Position numbers and translations under genes: made by a program
Notes under the pieces: model-generated
What the model was told of the DNA's origin: nothing
What the model saw: only the letters and a program-made list of their open reading frames with translations
Database searches by the model: none
NCBI GenBank assembly: GCA_965243135.1
Contig: OZ251539.1
Coordinates: 3,616,001 to 3,680,000 of the forward strand
From: Alphaproteobacteria bacterium
Lineage (GTDB): Bacteria > Pseudomonadota > Alphaproteobacteria > MPNO01 > UBA830
Reading direction: 5' to 3'
DNA: 64,000 nucleotides
In this document: positions 1 to 9,507 of the stretch, piece by piece
How positions within the stretch are numbered: the stretch's first letter is position 1
Layout of the letters: each line of letters starts with the position of its first letter

Positions 1-297
1 TTCGCCGCTTTGCTTCGGCATGTATTTTTAGCGGCGTTGGTCGCCCGTTCGGGCACGCCCATCTTGCCGCCCGACCCCGCCGCAACGGCCTGAGCGGGCG
101 GTCGCCCGACTCGCGCACCCTGCATTCAAACTTGAAAGGATCCCAGGCAAAGCCGCAACGGAGGTCGGACGGCTCCTGCGGCGATGCGCGGGGCAGGTGC
201 CGACGGCCTCGTCCGGTTCGCGGACTGCCGGGCCCGCCGCGCCGTCAGGGACGCCGCGCGGAGTCGAAAGGCGCGTTCAAGCGCCTCCCGGCCCGCG

Positions 298-1359
298 TCA
301 CTGGACGGTTTCGCTCGCGCCTTCGCGGAACAGGCCGAGCTTCTCCTGAACCGGCTGGTCGGTGAAACTGAACAGAAACGCGTCGTCGTCCGCCTCGTGG
401 CGATGCGGATACCAGGCCGGCACGACGAAGGTGTCCTTCTCCTTCCAGGAGATGGTCTGGTCGCCGATACGCGTGCGCCCGGCGCCTTCGACCACGGAAT
501 AGACCCAAGCTGCCGTCGTTTGGTAGATGTCTCCGGAAAAGCCCGCCGGAAGCCGCTGCATGTAGGTTGCGATCGTCGGCATGACCGGACCGCCGGTCGC
601 CGGGTTGATGTAGGCGAGCTTGATTCCGTGACGCGGATCGACCTCGCCGCTCTCCGCCAGCCGCTCCAGAGCGGCCCGCGTCTTCGCGTAGGGGTAGTGG
701 AAGACGGGCGAATTTCCGGTGTCGAACGTCGCGCCGACCGGCAGCATGTTGACGCCGTAACGCGAGATGTTGTCTCCGACCGGCCGCCCCGCCGGAAACT
801 CCGTTTCCGGATACGGTTCCGCGAACACCGGGCCGAGATGGCGGACCAGCGGGATGTCGAGCCCGTCCAGCCAGACGACGGGCGCTTCGCCGTCATGGCC
901 GTGATCGTGCCATACCCAGGACGGGGTGAGGATCAGGTCGCCCACTTCCATGTACGCCTTCTCGCCGTTGATCGCGGTGTAGGCTCCGGAACCTTCGACG
1001 ATGAACCGCAGCGCGGCGGGAGAATGCCGGTGCGCCGGCGCGACTTCGCCGGGCATGATCAACTGCAACCCTGCATAAAGGGCTTCGGTTATGCAGGAGC
1101 GGCCCTCGAGCGTCGGATTCTCGAGCACCATGACGCGCCGCTCCGCTTCTTCGGCGGAGATGACGTCGGCCGCCTCCATGATGAAGGGACGGCACTCGGC
1201 GTAGTCCCACTTGTGCGGCGTGGCTGCGGTTACCGGTTCGACCGCGAGAAGATCTTGCAGCACCTCCCATAACGGAGTCATGTTTTTCGCCGCCATCCGC
1301 GCGTAGAAGTCGGCCCGCGTGTTCGTCATCCGGGGCTTTTCATGCAGAGCCCTGTTCAT
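298..1359 (-). CDS. gtdA: Gentisate 1,2-dioxygenase-like bicupin
   Basis: Motifs PLWEVL, ERRVMVLENP, LYAGLQLIMPGEVAPAHRH, PSWVWHDH and WLDGLDIP. ATG at 1359 has GGAGA upstream (alternative start 1329). The 745-aa track ORF is an upstream overextension. Confidence 0.85.
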   Translation of the reverse strand: MNRALHEKPRMTNTRADFYARMAAKNMTPLWEVLQDLLAVEPVTAATPHKWDYAECRPFIMEAADVISAEEAERRVMVLENPTLEGRSCITEALYAGLQLIMPGEVAPAHRHSPAALRFIVEGSGAYTAINGEKAYMEVGDLILTPSWVWHDHGHDGEAPVVWLDGLDIPLVRHLGPVFAEPYPETEFPAGRPVGDNISRYGVNMLPVGATFDTGNSPVFHYPYAKTRAALERLAESGEVDPRHGIKLAYINPATGGPVMPTIATYMQRLPAGFSGDIYQTTAAWVYSVVEGAGRTRIGDQTISWKEKDTFVVPAWYPHRHEADDDAFLFSFTDQPVQEKLGLFREGASETVQ

Positions 1360-1444
1360 GGCGTGTCTCCCTGTTCGACCGGCCGGCATTCTAACCCGCA
1401 TCGTCCGCCGGCTCCACACCGGACGGCGGGATGCGTCCGGGCGA

Positions 1445-1612
1445 CAGGTCCATGCACCGGATGGCCCGTCCGGTTTGTCCGGTTTTTTTTGAGCGCCTCC
1501 AAACCACGGAGGCGCGGCGGACGGAACGGCTGCAGGAGCCGAGAAGTTCGAAGGGACGTCGCACCCGCGCGTCCAGTCAAGGCGAATCGGGGCAGGCGTT
1601 TCGGAGCGCATG
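1445..1612 (+). mobile_element. Decayed IS481/ISNCY-like left end and transposase N-terminus relic
   Basis: GGTCCATG...GTCCGGTT followed by a stretch reading RRTERLQE..KFE..GVSER. Similar to 9036-9185 and 63813-64000. Confidence 0.55.
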
Positions 1613-1907
1613 TTCCTTCCCGGCGTTCCTTTCCAGCGTCGACGTTTTCTCGCGGGGCGTCCCTCTCGCCGGGGTCTTGCCCGGCGCGTCCGTTCGCCGC
1701 AGGGACGGCGGCGGACTGTCCGGCCTCCGCGGAAACGGCGGTCTTGAAAATTCGCGGTTTTCCGCGCCCGACGCGGGGAGATTCTCCGTCCTTCGAAGGC
1801 CGTCGGAATTTCAGGACGCCAGGAACGGCGGCCGCCCTCGACAAGGCGCAGGCCGAACCCGCGGCGCGAGCGGCGGCCTTTCGCGGAGGCGGCCGTCGGA
1901 AAGCCGT
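1613..1907. repeat. Conserved non-coding repeat downstream of AAA-nuclease copy 1
   Basis: Blocks GCGGAAACGGCGGTCTYGAAAATTCRCGGTTTTCCG and TTTCAGGACGCCAGGAACGGCGGCCGCCCTCG recur near 5803-5915 and 9308-9420; diverged version at 55583-55866. Confidence 0.9.
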
Positions 1908-4295
1908 TCAGGCGGCTTCGCAATCGAACCCGACGACGTTGCGTTCTTGGCGGCTGAACTCCACCCCGATCAGGTGGACCGAACGCCCGAGACGGCGGTA
2001 CTTGTCCGCGTAGCCCTTCTCCCGCAGCTGCGCGAGCGCGGTCCCCTCCCGCCCGCGCTCCACCACCTTGAACTCGAACAGGTAGACGCGCCCGCCGGCG
2101 CGGATCGCCATGTCGGCGCGCCCCAGGCTGCCGCTGTCCTCGGCCACCGGCTCGAAGCCCTCCATCAGGAAGCAGCTGTGGATGACGCTCGCGTAGTGGG
2201 CCTCGTACTTCGCGACGGGGCTGTTCATGTACCATTGGTGCGGGATGGCGGCGAAGACGCCGCGGAACAGGGTCCCGAGGCGCTCGAAGTCGTTCGCCTC
2301 CAGCAGTTCGCCCAGCCGCAGGCGCGCCGTCTTCTTGCGCGCCTCGACCGGGAGCAGTTCTTCCAGCAGGGCCTCGCCCAGGCTCTGGCGCACCTCGAGG
2401 TTCGGATAGTCCAGCCGGTAGCGCCCGTCCTCCTCGCCCGCGATGGGTAGAGTCGAGGACTGGCGCGTTAGCTTTAGGGTCCGGTGGATGTTCCGTCGCT
2501 TTCGCTCCGGGCCTCAGTCCGGCTCCCGTGGCCACGTTTCCAGTCCCCGCTCTCCGAACCGGACGTGCGGATTTCCCGCGCCTCCAGCAGGATCATGCGT
2601 CTCGCCCACGGATGGATTGTCAGCGTTCCCAAAAAACGGCCGGTTTTCCGGACCCGGGAGTTGCACCGTCTCCCATATTTTCCGCCTGTTCTCGCTTTCC
2701 AACCCGTCGCCGAGCCTGTTTACGCCTCGACGACCCCGGCCTCTCGACCGGGTTCCTTCGCTTGTGACGCTTCCGGGATCTCTGGCATGTAGTCGGTTGT
2801 TAGGCATAGCCAATCTCCGAGCCCTTCTCCCTTGCGGCGCCCTTCCTCGCCTGAGGCCCCTTTCCTCCGCCGGCGTTACCCGGCTTCTCCGGTACTACGG
2901 GCCTCTCCGCCACCCTGCCGGCCCGGCCTGCCCCTCGCGGGGTTCCGGTTGACTCGTGCGCGTCACCGACAGGGCTTCCCGTGTTGCTGCTTCCTTCATC
3001 TTCCATGCGTGCCGACATCACTACCCCGGCGGAAACGGTCGGTGCTTTTGTCGTTCTCTTCCCGACCGTCGGCGGCTTTCCCCTAACCTCAGGAGGGTCA
3101 GCTTCCGCATTGACCGTTTCGAGGCCTGCTCAATGTTCACTACTCGTTTCGGCCCGCGTGTTCGCTGAGCGGCCTTCGCCGCCCTTTCCCAGAGTGCTTC
3201 AGCCTACATCGTTACCTCCGTAAACCGCCCTGGCCGCTACCAACCGGAACGACAGTTGTTGGGTGGGATTCGCACCCACCAGAAGAAAGCGCCTTTCCAC
3301 GGCGCACTGAGGTAGCCGGTCTGGAACAGAAGCGCCTCGACATTGTCCACGTCGAAGGCCGAGAGCAGGCTCTCGCTGCCGATCATGCCGTCCAGGTCGG
3401 GCGTGGGCAGGTCGCGGCGCGTCAGCGTCTCGACCAGGAAGGTCGGCGTGCCGCTCAGGAACCAGTAGTTGCCGAACTTGCGTTTGTCGAACAGCAGCAG
3501 GATGTCGAACGGGTTGTAGATCTTTTCCGGTCCGAGCCAGTTGTAGCCGTTGTACCAGCGCCGGACCTCGTCCCGGTCCAGGCCCTCGAGTTCCGGGGCG
3601 AAGACCGCGTCCAGTTCGTCGTCCGTGTAGCCGCAGATATCGCCGTAGCGCTCGTCCAGCGTGATGTCGTTCAGGTTGTTCAGGCCAGAGAACAGGCCCG
3701 CTTTCGAGAATTTGCTCACCCCCGTCAGGAAAACGAAGCGGAGCTGCCTGTCGCAAGCCACCCCGTACAAGCTGCGCAGGAAATTGCGGTTGGCCAGCGC
3801 CAGTTCCCGGTCGCCGAGCGCGTCCAGAATCGGCTTGTCGTATTCGTCCACCAGAACGACCACCTTCTGCCCTGTGCGCTCGTGCAGCGTCCTTATCAGG
3901 CGCCGGAAACGGACCGCTGCCCCGGCGGGGCCCGGTTCGAGGCCGGCCTGCATCTCCGCCTCTTCCAGCTGCGCTTCCACGGTTTCCCGAACCCCGTCCG
4001 GAGTGTCGAAATCGCCCACGCCGCTGAAATCCAGCCGCACGACCGGGTGGCGCGCCGACCAGTCCCACTTGCCGTGCACGGCGAGGCCCCGGAACAACTC
4101 CTCGCTTCCCTCGAACAGCTCCTGCAGCGTGTCCACCAGCAGGCTCTTGCCGAACCGGCGCGGACGCGACAGGAAGTAATACTTGCCCCTCTCGACGAGG
4201 CGGCGCACATGGTCCGTCTTGTCGACGTAGTAGCAATCCATCCCCCGGATCTCCCGGAGGGAGGTCATGCCGATCGGAAGCATGCGTCTCGTCAT
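1908..4295 (-). pseudogene. AAA-ATPase-like/PD-(D/E)XK nuclease, copy 1, interrupted by a group II intron (exons 4295-3308 and 2446-1908)
   Basis: YYVDKT, SRPRRFGKS, LVDEYDKP, FLTGVSKF, then GRADM..YLFEFK. The joined exons are 988+539=1527 nt, in frame (GYL-T-IAGEEDG). Two small in-frame deletions relative to the paralogs. Confidence 0.9.
2447..3307 (-). mobile_element. ORF-less group II intron, 861 nt
   Basis: Starts GTGCGCC at 3307 and ends CTCGACTCTAC at 2447. DV-like GCGGGAAATCCGCACGTCCGGTTC. EBS1 TGAGGT (3086-3091) lies in a hairpin loop and is complementary to the exon end ACCTCA. No RT ORF. Confidence 0.9.
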
Positions 4296-4301
4296 CCGAA
4301 G

Positions 4302-4330
4302 AGAGTAGGCCGCAGTGCCGGAACCGTCAA
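4302..4330 (-). promoter_or_regulatory. Sigma70 promoter of AAA copy 1 (leaderless)
   Basis: TTGACG-17 bp-TACTCT-6 bp-ATG. Confidence 0.7.
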
Positions 4331-4549
4331 GGAAGAGACGGCCGCGAGCGTGATTGCGTTCGGGCCGCGGCGGGAATTCTCGCCTCCTTTCCAGCCGCCG
4401 CGACCGAGCGCGCTACGACAGGCTTTTCCTGAGCGACAGGGTAGTCAAGGCAACGACTGCGCCAAGCCGAAGCGGGGAAGCGTGTCGCGGCGGCCAGCCC
4501 CTTCGGTAACGATGCTGCCTCGATGCATCTTCCGCGCGGGGCGGACGCC

Positions 4550-5617
4550 TCAGCGGGAATCGCTGCGGAGCTTTATCAAATAACGGAAGAGATCCAGGTA
4601 GCGTTGTATGATGGCCTGTCTTGAGAACTCGGTTTCGAAACGCCGACGTCCCGATGTCGCCAAATTTCGACGGAGCTCCGGGTTTTCGATTAAACGAAAA
4701 ATCGACTTCGCCAGCGCTTCCGTGTCGTCGATCGGAGTTAGCAAACCATCCAACCCGTCCCTGATCAGCCACGCCGGTCCTTTCGAAGCGCACGCCACGA
4801 TCGGCGTTCGGGACGCCCATGATTCGACGATAACGATGCCGAAAGACTCATGCCTCGAAGGGTGAACAACAATATCGGCGCTCGCAATCAGATTCGAAAT
4901 ATCTTCGCGCCAACCGAGGAAACGAATCCTCGAACCTATCCCGATATCCCGCGCCTGTTTCACAAGGCGCGCTCGTTCATCTCCCTCTCCGGCAAGCAAG
5001 AGAAAAACGCCTTCAAGGAGTTTCATCGCATGTAGAAGGACATCGAACCTTTTTGCCGGAGCCAACCTGCCGGCGGCCAACAGCAAAGGGGCGTCCTCAG
5101 GAATATCGAGAGAGTCACGGGGGAGGGGGCTTTCATTTCCAGGTTCATTGATCGGAAAATTGGGAATAAAACTTATCCTTTCTCTAGGCCAGCCATTGTC
5201 GACCGCGAATTGAAGAATATCCGGAGTTACCGCAATCAAATGATCGGAATTATTGATTTGCCTCCTGACATTGTAGTACCCGTCGAGCCGCCCAACCCTC
5301 ACGGCGGAATGTTCGGCAAATCTGGATGCATGACCATTCATCACTGCAGCTCTTGTCTTCCATGAAAGTATGATATCCGGTCGGAATCTATCGATCTCCT
5401 TCGCAATATATGGAATGGATTTGAAATCGAACCACCGTCCCAACGGAAGGGTGACCGTTTCCACCTCAGCCGCTTGGAGCCGCGTAGTGAACGACGCGTG
5501 ATCGCGAACGAACGTACGCTGCGTTATCCCTTGTTTCTGGAAGCTTTCGGCGCATTTGACGAATAATTCTTGCACGCCGCCGAATGGATCTCCTGTCAGC
5601 GTTTGCAACAACCTCAT
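4550..5617 (-). CDS. GT4-type (GT-B fold) glycosyltransferase, copy A
   Basis: N-terminal GGVQ, GRLAPAK, FLGWREDI, PSRHESFGIVIVESWA. Visibly more AT-rich than its flanks. Confidence 0.9.
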   Translation of the reverse strand: MRLLQTLTGDPFGGVQELFVKCAESFQKQGITQRTFVRDHASFTTRLQAAEVETVTLPLGRWFDFKSIPYIAKEIDRFRPDIILSWKTRAAVMNGHASRFAEHSAVRVGRLDGYYNVRRQINNSDHLIAVTPDILQFAVDNGWPRERISFIPNFPINEPGNESPLPRDSLDIPEDAPLLLAAGRLAPAKRFDVLLHAMKLLEGVFLLLAGEGDERARLVKQARDIGIGSRIRFLGWREDISNLIASADIVVHPSRHESFGIVIVESWASRTPIVACASKGPAWLIRDGLDGLLTPIDDTEALAKSIFRLIENPELRRNLATSGRRRFETEFSRQAIIQRYLDLFRYLIKLRSDSR

Positions 5618-5715
5618 TTGGACGAACCCTGCATTTTATTATTCAAAATTACCTCGCTATAGAAGATAAAGTATCGGACAACCACCTGCGATATCGTTTG
5701 GCGTCGTTAACGGAC

Positions 5716-5997
5716 GACCGGTCCACATACCCCGTCCGGATTTAGAACGCTCCCAGACCAAGGAGGCGGCAGCGTCCGGGCGGATTGCCCGAGACGGTTT
5801 CCGCGGAAACGGCGGTCTCGAAAATTCGCGGTTTTCCGCTCTCGAAGCGGGGAAATTCTCCCTCCCTTGAAGGCCGTCGCCATTTCAGGACGCCAGGAAC
5901 GGCGGCCGCCCTCGGCGAGGCGCTGGCCGCCCCGAACATGCGACAGCCTTTCGCGGAGGCGGCTGCCGAAATGTCCGAACGGGACACTCGCCCGGCT
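5716..5997. repeat. IS-end relic plus AAA-downstream repeat, internally deleted version
   Basis: Matches 9036-9507 but lacks about 190 bp after CCAAGGAGGCGG. Confidence 0.85.
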
Positions 5998-7542
5998 TCA
6001 GGCGGCCTCGCAATCGAACCCGACGACGTTGCGCTCCTCGCGGCTGAACTCCACCCCGATCAGGTGCACCGAACGACCGAGATGGCGGTACTTGTCCGCG
6101 TAACCCTTCTCCCGCAGCTGCGCGAGCGCGACCCCCTCCCGCCCGTGCTCCACCACCTTGAACTCGAACAGGTAGACGCGCCCGTCGGCGCGGATCGCCA
6201 TGTCGGCGCGCCCCCGGCTGCCGCTGTCCTCCGCGACCGGCTCGAGGCCCTCCATCAGGAAGCAACTGTGGATGACGCTCGCGTAGTGGGCCTCGTACTT
6301 CGCGACCGGGCTGTTCATGTACCACTGGTGCGGAATGGCGGCGAAGACGCCGCGGAACAGGGTCCCGAGGCGCTCGAAGTCGTTCGCTTTCAGCAGTTCG
6401 CCCAGCCGCAGGTTCTCCGTTTCCTCGCGGGCCTCGTTCGGGAGCAACTCTCCCAGCAGGGCTTCGCCCAGGCTTTGGCGCACCTCGAGGTTCGGGTAGT
6501 CCAGCCTGTAACGTCTCCCGCCGTCCTCCTCGCCGGCGATGGTCAGGTAGCCGGTCTGGAACAGAAGCGCCTCGACCGAGATCCTGTCCACGTCGAAGGT
6601 CGAGAGCAGGCTCTCGCTGCCGATCATGCCGTCCAGGCGGGGAGTGGGCAGGTTGCGGCGCGTCAGCGTCTCGACCAGGAAGGTCGGCGTGCCGCTCAGG
6701 AACCAGTGGTTGCCGAACTCGCCCGTTTCGAAGAGAAGGAGGATGTCGAACGGGTTGTAGAGCTTGTCCGCGCCGCGCCAGTTGTAGCCGTTGTACCAGC
6801 GGCGGATCTCGTCCCGGTCCAGGCCCTCGAGTTCGGGGGCGAAGACCGCGTCCAGCTCCGAGTCCGTGTAGCCGCAGATGGAGCCGAAACGGGGGTCGAG
6901 GGTGACGTCGCGCAGGTTGTTCAGGCCCGAGAACAGGCCCGCCTGCGAGAACTTGCTCACCCCCGTCAGGAAAACGAAACGGAGATGCCTGTCGCAGGCC
7001 TTGATCACCCCGTACAGGCTGCGCAGGAAGTCGCGGTTGGCCAGCGCCAGCTCCCGGTCGCCGAGCGCGTCCAGAATCGGCTTGTCGTATTCGTCCACCA
7101 GAACGACCGCCTGCCGCCCGGTGCGCTCGTGCAGCGTCCTTATCAGGCGCCGGAAACGGATCGCCGCCCCGGCGGGGCCCGGTTCGAGGCCGGCTTGCAT
7201 CTCCGTCTCTTCCAGCTGCGCTTCCACGGTTTCCCGAGCCCCGTCCGGGCCGTCGAAACGGCCCACGCCGCTGAAATCCAGCCGCACGACCGGATGGCGC
7301 GCCGACCAGTCCCACCCGTCGTGCACGGCGAGGCCCCGGAACAACTCCTCGCTTCCTTCGAACAGCTCCTGCAGCGTGTCCACCAGCAGGCTCTTGCCGA
7401 ACCGGCGCGGACGCGACAGGAAATTGTACTTGCCCCTCTCGACGAGACGGCGCGCATGGTCCGTCTTGTCGACGTAGTAGCAGTCCATTTTCCGGATCTC
7501 CCGGAGGGAGGTCATGCCGGTCGGAAGCATGCGTTTCGTCAT
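5998..7542 (-). CDS. AAA-ATPase-like/PD-(D/E)XK nuclease, copy 2 (intact)
   Basis: 514 aa with RPRRFGKS, LVDEYDKP and GRADM..FEFK..ALAQLREKGYADKY. Confidence 0.93.
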   Translation of the reverse strand: MTKRMLPTGMTSLREIRKMDCYYVDKTDHARRLVERGKYNFLSRPRRFGKSLLVDTLQELFEGSEELFRGLAVHDGWDWSARHPVVRLDFSGVGRFDGPDGARETVEAQLEETEMQAGLEPGPAGAAIRFRRLIRTLHERTGRQAVVLVDEYDKPILDALGDRELALANRDFLRSLYGVIKACDRHLRFVFLTGVSKFSQAGLFSGLNNLRDVTLDPRFGSICGYTDSELDAVFAPELEGLDRDEIRRWYNGYNWRGADKLYNPFDILLLFETGEFGNHWFLSGTPTFLVETLTRRNLPTPRLDGMIGSESLLSTFDVDRISVEALLFQTGYLTIAGEEDGGRRYRLDYPNLEVRQSLGEALLGELLPNEAREETENLRLGELLKANDFERLGTLFRGVFAAIPHQWYMNSPVAKYEAHYASVIHSCFLMEGLEPVAEDSGSRGRADMAIRADGRVYLFEFKVVEHGREGVALAQLREKGYADKYRHLGRSVHLIGVEFSREERNVVGFDCEAA

Positions 7543-7548
7543 TCGAAG

Positions 7549-7577
7549 AGGATAGGCCGCCGCGCCGGAACCGTCAA
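7549..7577 (-). promoter_or_regulatory. Sigma70 promoter of AAA copy 2 (leaderless)
   Basis: TTGACG-17-TATCCT-6-ATG. Confidence 0.7.
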
Positions 7578-7869
7578 GGCGGCGGCCGCGAGCGTAATTT
7601 CCAGTTCATTTTTCCGGTTTTGCGATTCGATAACCGCCCCCGCCTCAAGGACCGGAAAACGCCCTGTCGCATGATTGCGTTCGGGCAACGGCGGGAATTC
7701 TCGCCTCCTGTCCAGCCGCCGCGACCGAGAATGCTACGACAGGCTTTCCCCGAGCGACAGGGTAGCCAAGGCAACGACTGCGCCAAACCGAAACCGGGAA
7801 GCGTGTCGCGGCGGCCAGTCCCACGGAAACGATGCCGCCTCGACGCATCTCTCGCGCAGGGCGGCCGCC

Positions 7870-8937
7870 TCAGCGGGAATTGCTTCGGAGCTTCATCAAA
7901 TCACGGAAGAGATCCAGGTAGCGTTGTATAATGGCCGACCTTGAGAACTCGGCTTCGAAACGCCGACGTCCCGATGCCGCCAAATTTCGACGGAGCTCCG
8001 GGTTTTCGATTAAACGAAAAATCGACTTCGCCAGCGCTTCCGCGTCGTCGATCGGAGTTAGCAAACCATCCAATCCGTCCCTGATCAGCCACGCCGGTCC
8101 TTTCGAAGCGCACGCCACGATCGGCGTTCGAGACGCCCATGATTCGACGATAACGATGCCGAAAGGCTCATGCCTCGAAGGGTGAACAACAATATCCGCG
8201 CTCGCAATCAGATTCGAAATATCTCCGCGCCAACCGAGGAAACGAACCCTCGAACCTATCCCGATATCCCGCGCCTGTTTCACAAGACGCGCTCGTTCAT
8301 CTCCCTCTCCGGCAAGCAAGAGAAAAACGCCTTCAAGGAGTTTCATCGCATGTAGAAGAACATCGAACCCTTTTGCCGGAGCCAACCTGCCGACGGCCAA
8401 CAGCAAAGGGGCGTCCTCAGGAATATCGAGAGAGTCACGGGGGAGGAGGATTTCATTTCCAGGTTCATTGATCGGAAAATTGGGAATAAAACTTATCCTT
8501 TCTGTAGGCCAGACATTGTCGACCGCGAATTGAAGAATATCCGGAGTTACCGCAATCAAATGATCGGAATTATTGATTTGCCTCCTGACATTGTAGTATC
8601 CGTCGAGCCGCCCAACCCTCACGGCGGAATGTTCGGCAAATCTGGATGCATGACCATTCATCACCGCAGCTCTTGTTTTCCATGAAAGTATGATATCCGG
8701 TCGGAATCTATCGATCTCCTTCGCAATGTATGGAATGGATTTGAAATCGAACCACCGTCCCAACGGAAGGGTGACCGTTTCCACCCCAGCCGCTTGGAGC
8801 CGCGTAGTGAACGACGCGTGATCGCGAACGAACGTACGCTGCGTTATCCTTTGTTTCTGGAAGATTTCGGCGCATTTGACGAATAATTCTTGCACGCCTC
8901 CGAATGGATCTCCTGTCAGCGTTTGCAACAACCTCAT
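7870..8937 (-). CDS. GT4-type glycosyltransferase, copy B
   Basis: Near-identical to 4550-5617, with canonical VGRLAPAKGFD and PSRHEPFG. Confidence 0.9.
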   Translation of the reverse strand: MRLLQTLTGDPFGGVQELFVKCAEIFQKQRITQRTFVRDHASFTTRLQAAGVETVTLPLGRWFDFKSIPYIAKEIDRFRPDIILSWKTRAAVMNGHASRFAEHSAVRVGRLDGYYNVRRQINNSDHLIAVTPDILQFAVDNVWPTERISFIPNFPINEPGNEILLPRDSLDIPEDAPLLLAVGRLAPAKGFDVLLHAMKLLEGVFLLLAGEGDERARLVKQARDIGIGSRVRFLGWRGDISNLIASADIVVHPSRHEPFGIVIVESWASRTPIVACASKGPAWLIRDGLDGLLTPIDDAEALAKSIFRLIENPELRRNLAASGRRRFEAEFSRSAIIQRYLDLFRDLMKLRSNSR

Positions 8938-9035
8938 TTGGACAAACCCTGCATTTTATTTTTCAAAATTACCTCGCTATAGAAGATAAAGTATCGGACA
9001 ACGACCTGCGATATCGTTTGGCGTCGTTAACGGAC

Positions 9036-9507
9036 GACCGGTCCACATGCCCCGTCCGGATTTAGAACGCTCCCAGACCAAGGAGGCGGACGGAGCGGCT
9101 GCAGGGACCGAGGAAGTTCGAAGCGGCGTCGCGCCCGTCACCGGGTCAAGGCGAATCGGGGCAGGCGTTTCGAAGCGCATGTTCCTTCCCGGCCTCCCTT
9201 TTCAGCGTCGACGTTTTCTCGCGGAGCGTCCCTCTCGCCGGAGTCTTGCCCGGCGCGTCCGTTCGCCGCAGGAGCGGCGTCCGGGCGGATTGCCCGAGAC
9301 GGTTTCTGCGGAAACGGCGGTCTCGAAAATTCACGGTTTTCCGAGCCCAAAGCAGGGAAATTCTCCCTCCCTTGAAGGCCGTCGCCATTTCAGGACGCCA
9401 GGAACGGCGGCCGCCCTCGGCGAGGCGCTGGCCGCCCCGAACATGCGACGGCCTTTCGCGGAGGCGGCTGCCGAAATGTCCGAACGGAACATCGAACTCG
9501 TCCGGCT
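9036..9507. repeat. IS-end relic plus AAA-downstream repeat, full version
   Basis: Colinear with 1445-1907. Confidence 0.88.

Noticed and set aside
1360-2535. Apparent 745-aa fusion upstream of gtdA
   Set aside because: The upstream part is an off-frame read-through of the AAA exon and repeats; gtdA has its own RBS and ATG.
2514-2813. 99-aa ORF inside the intron as a maturase
   Set aside because: It is too short, has no YADD motif and runs through domain V; only eroded RT traces in mixed frames.
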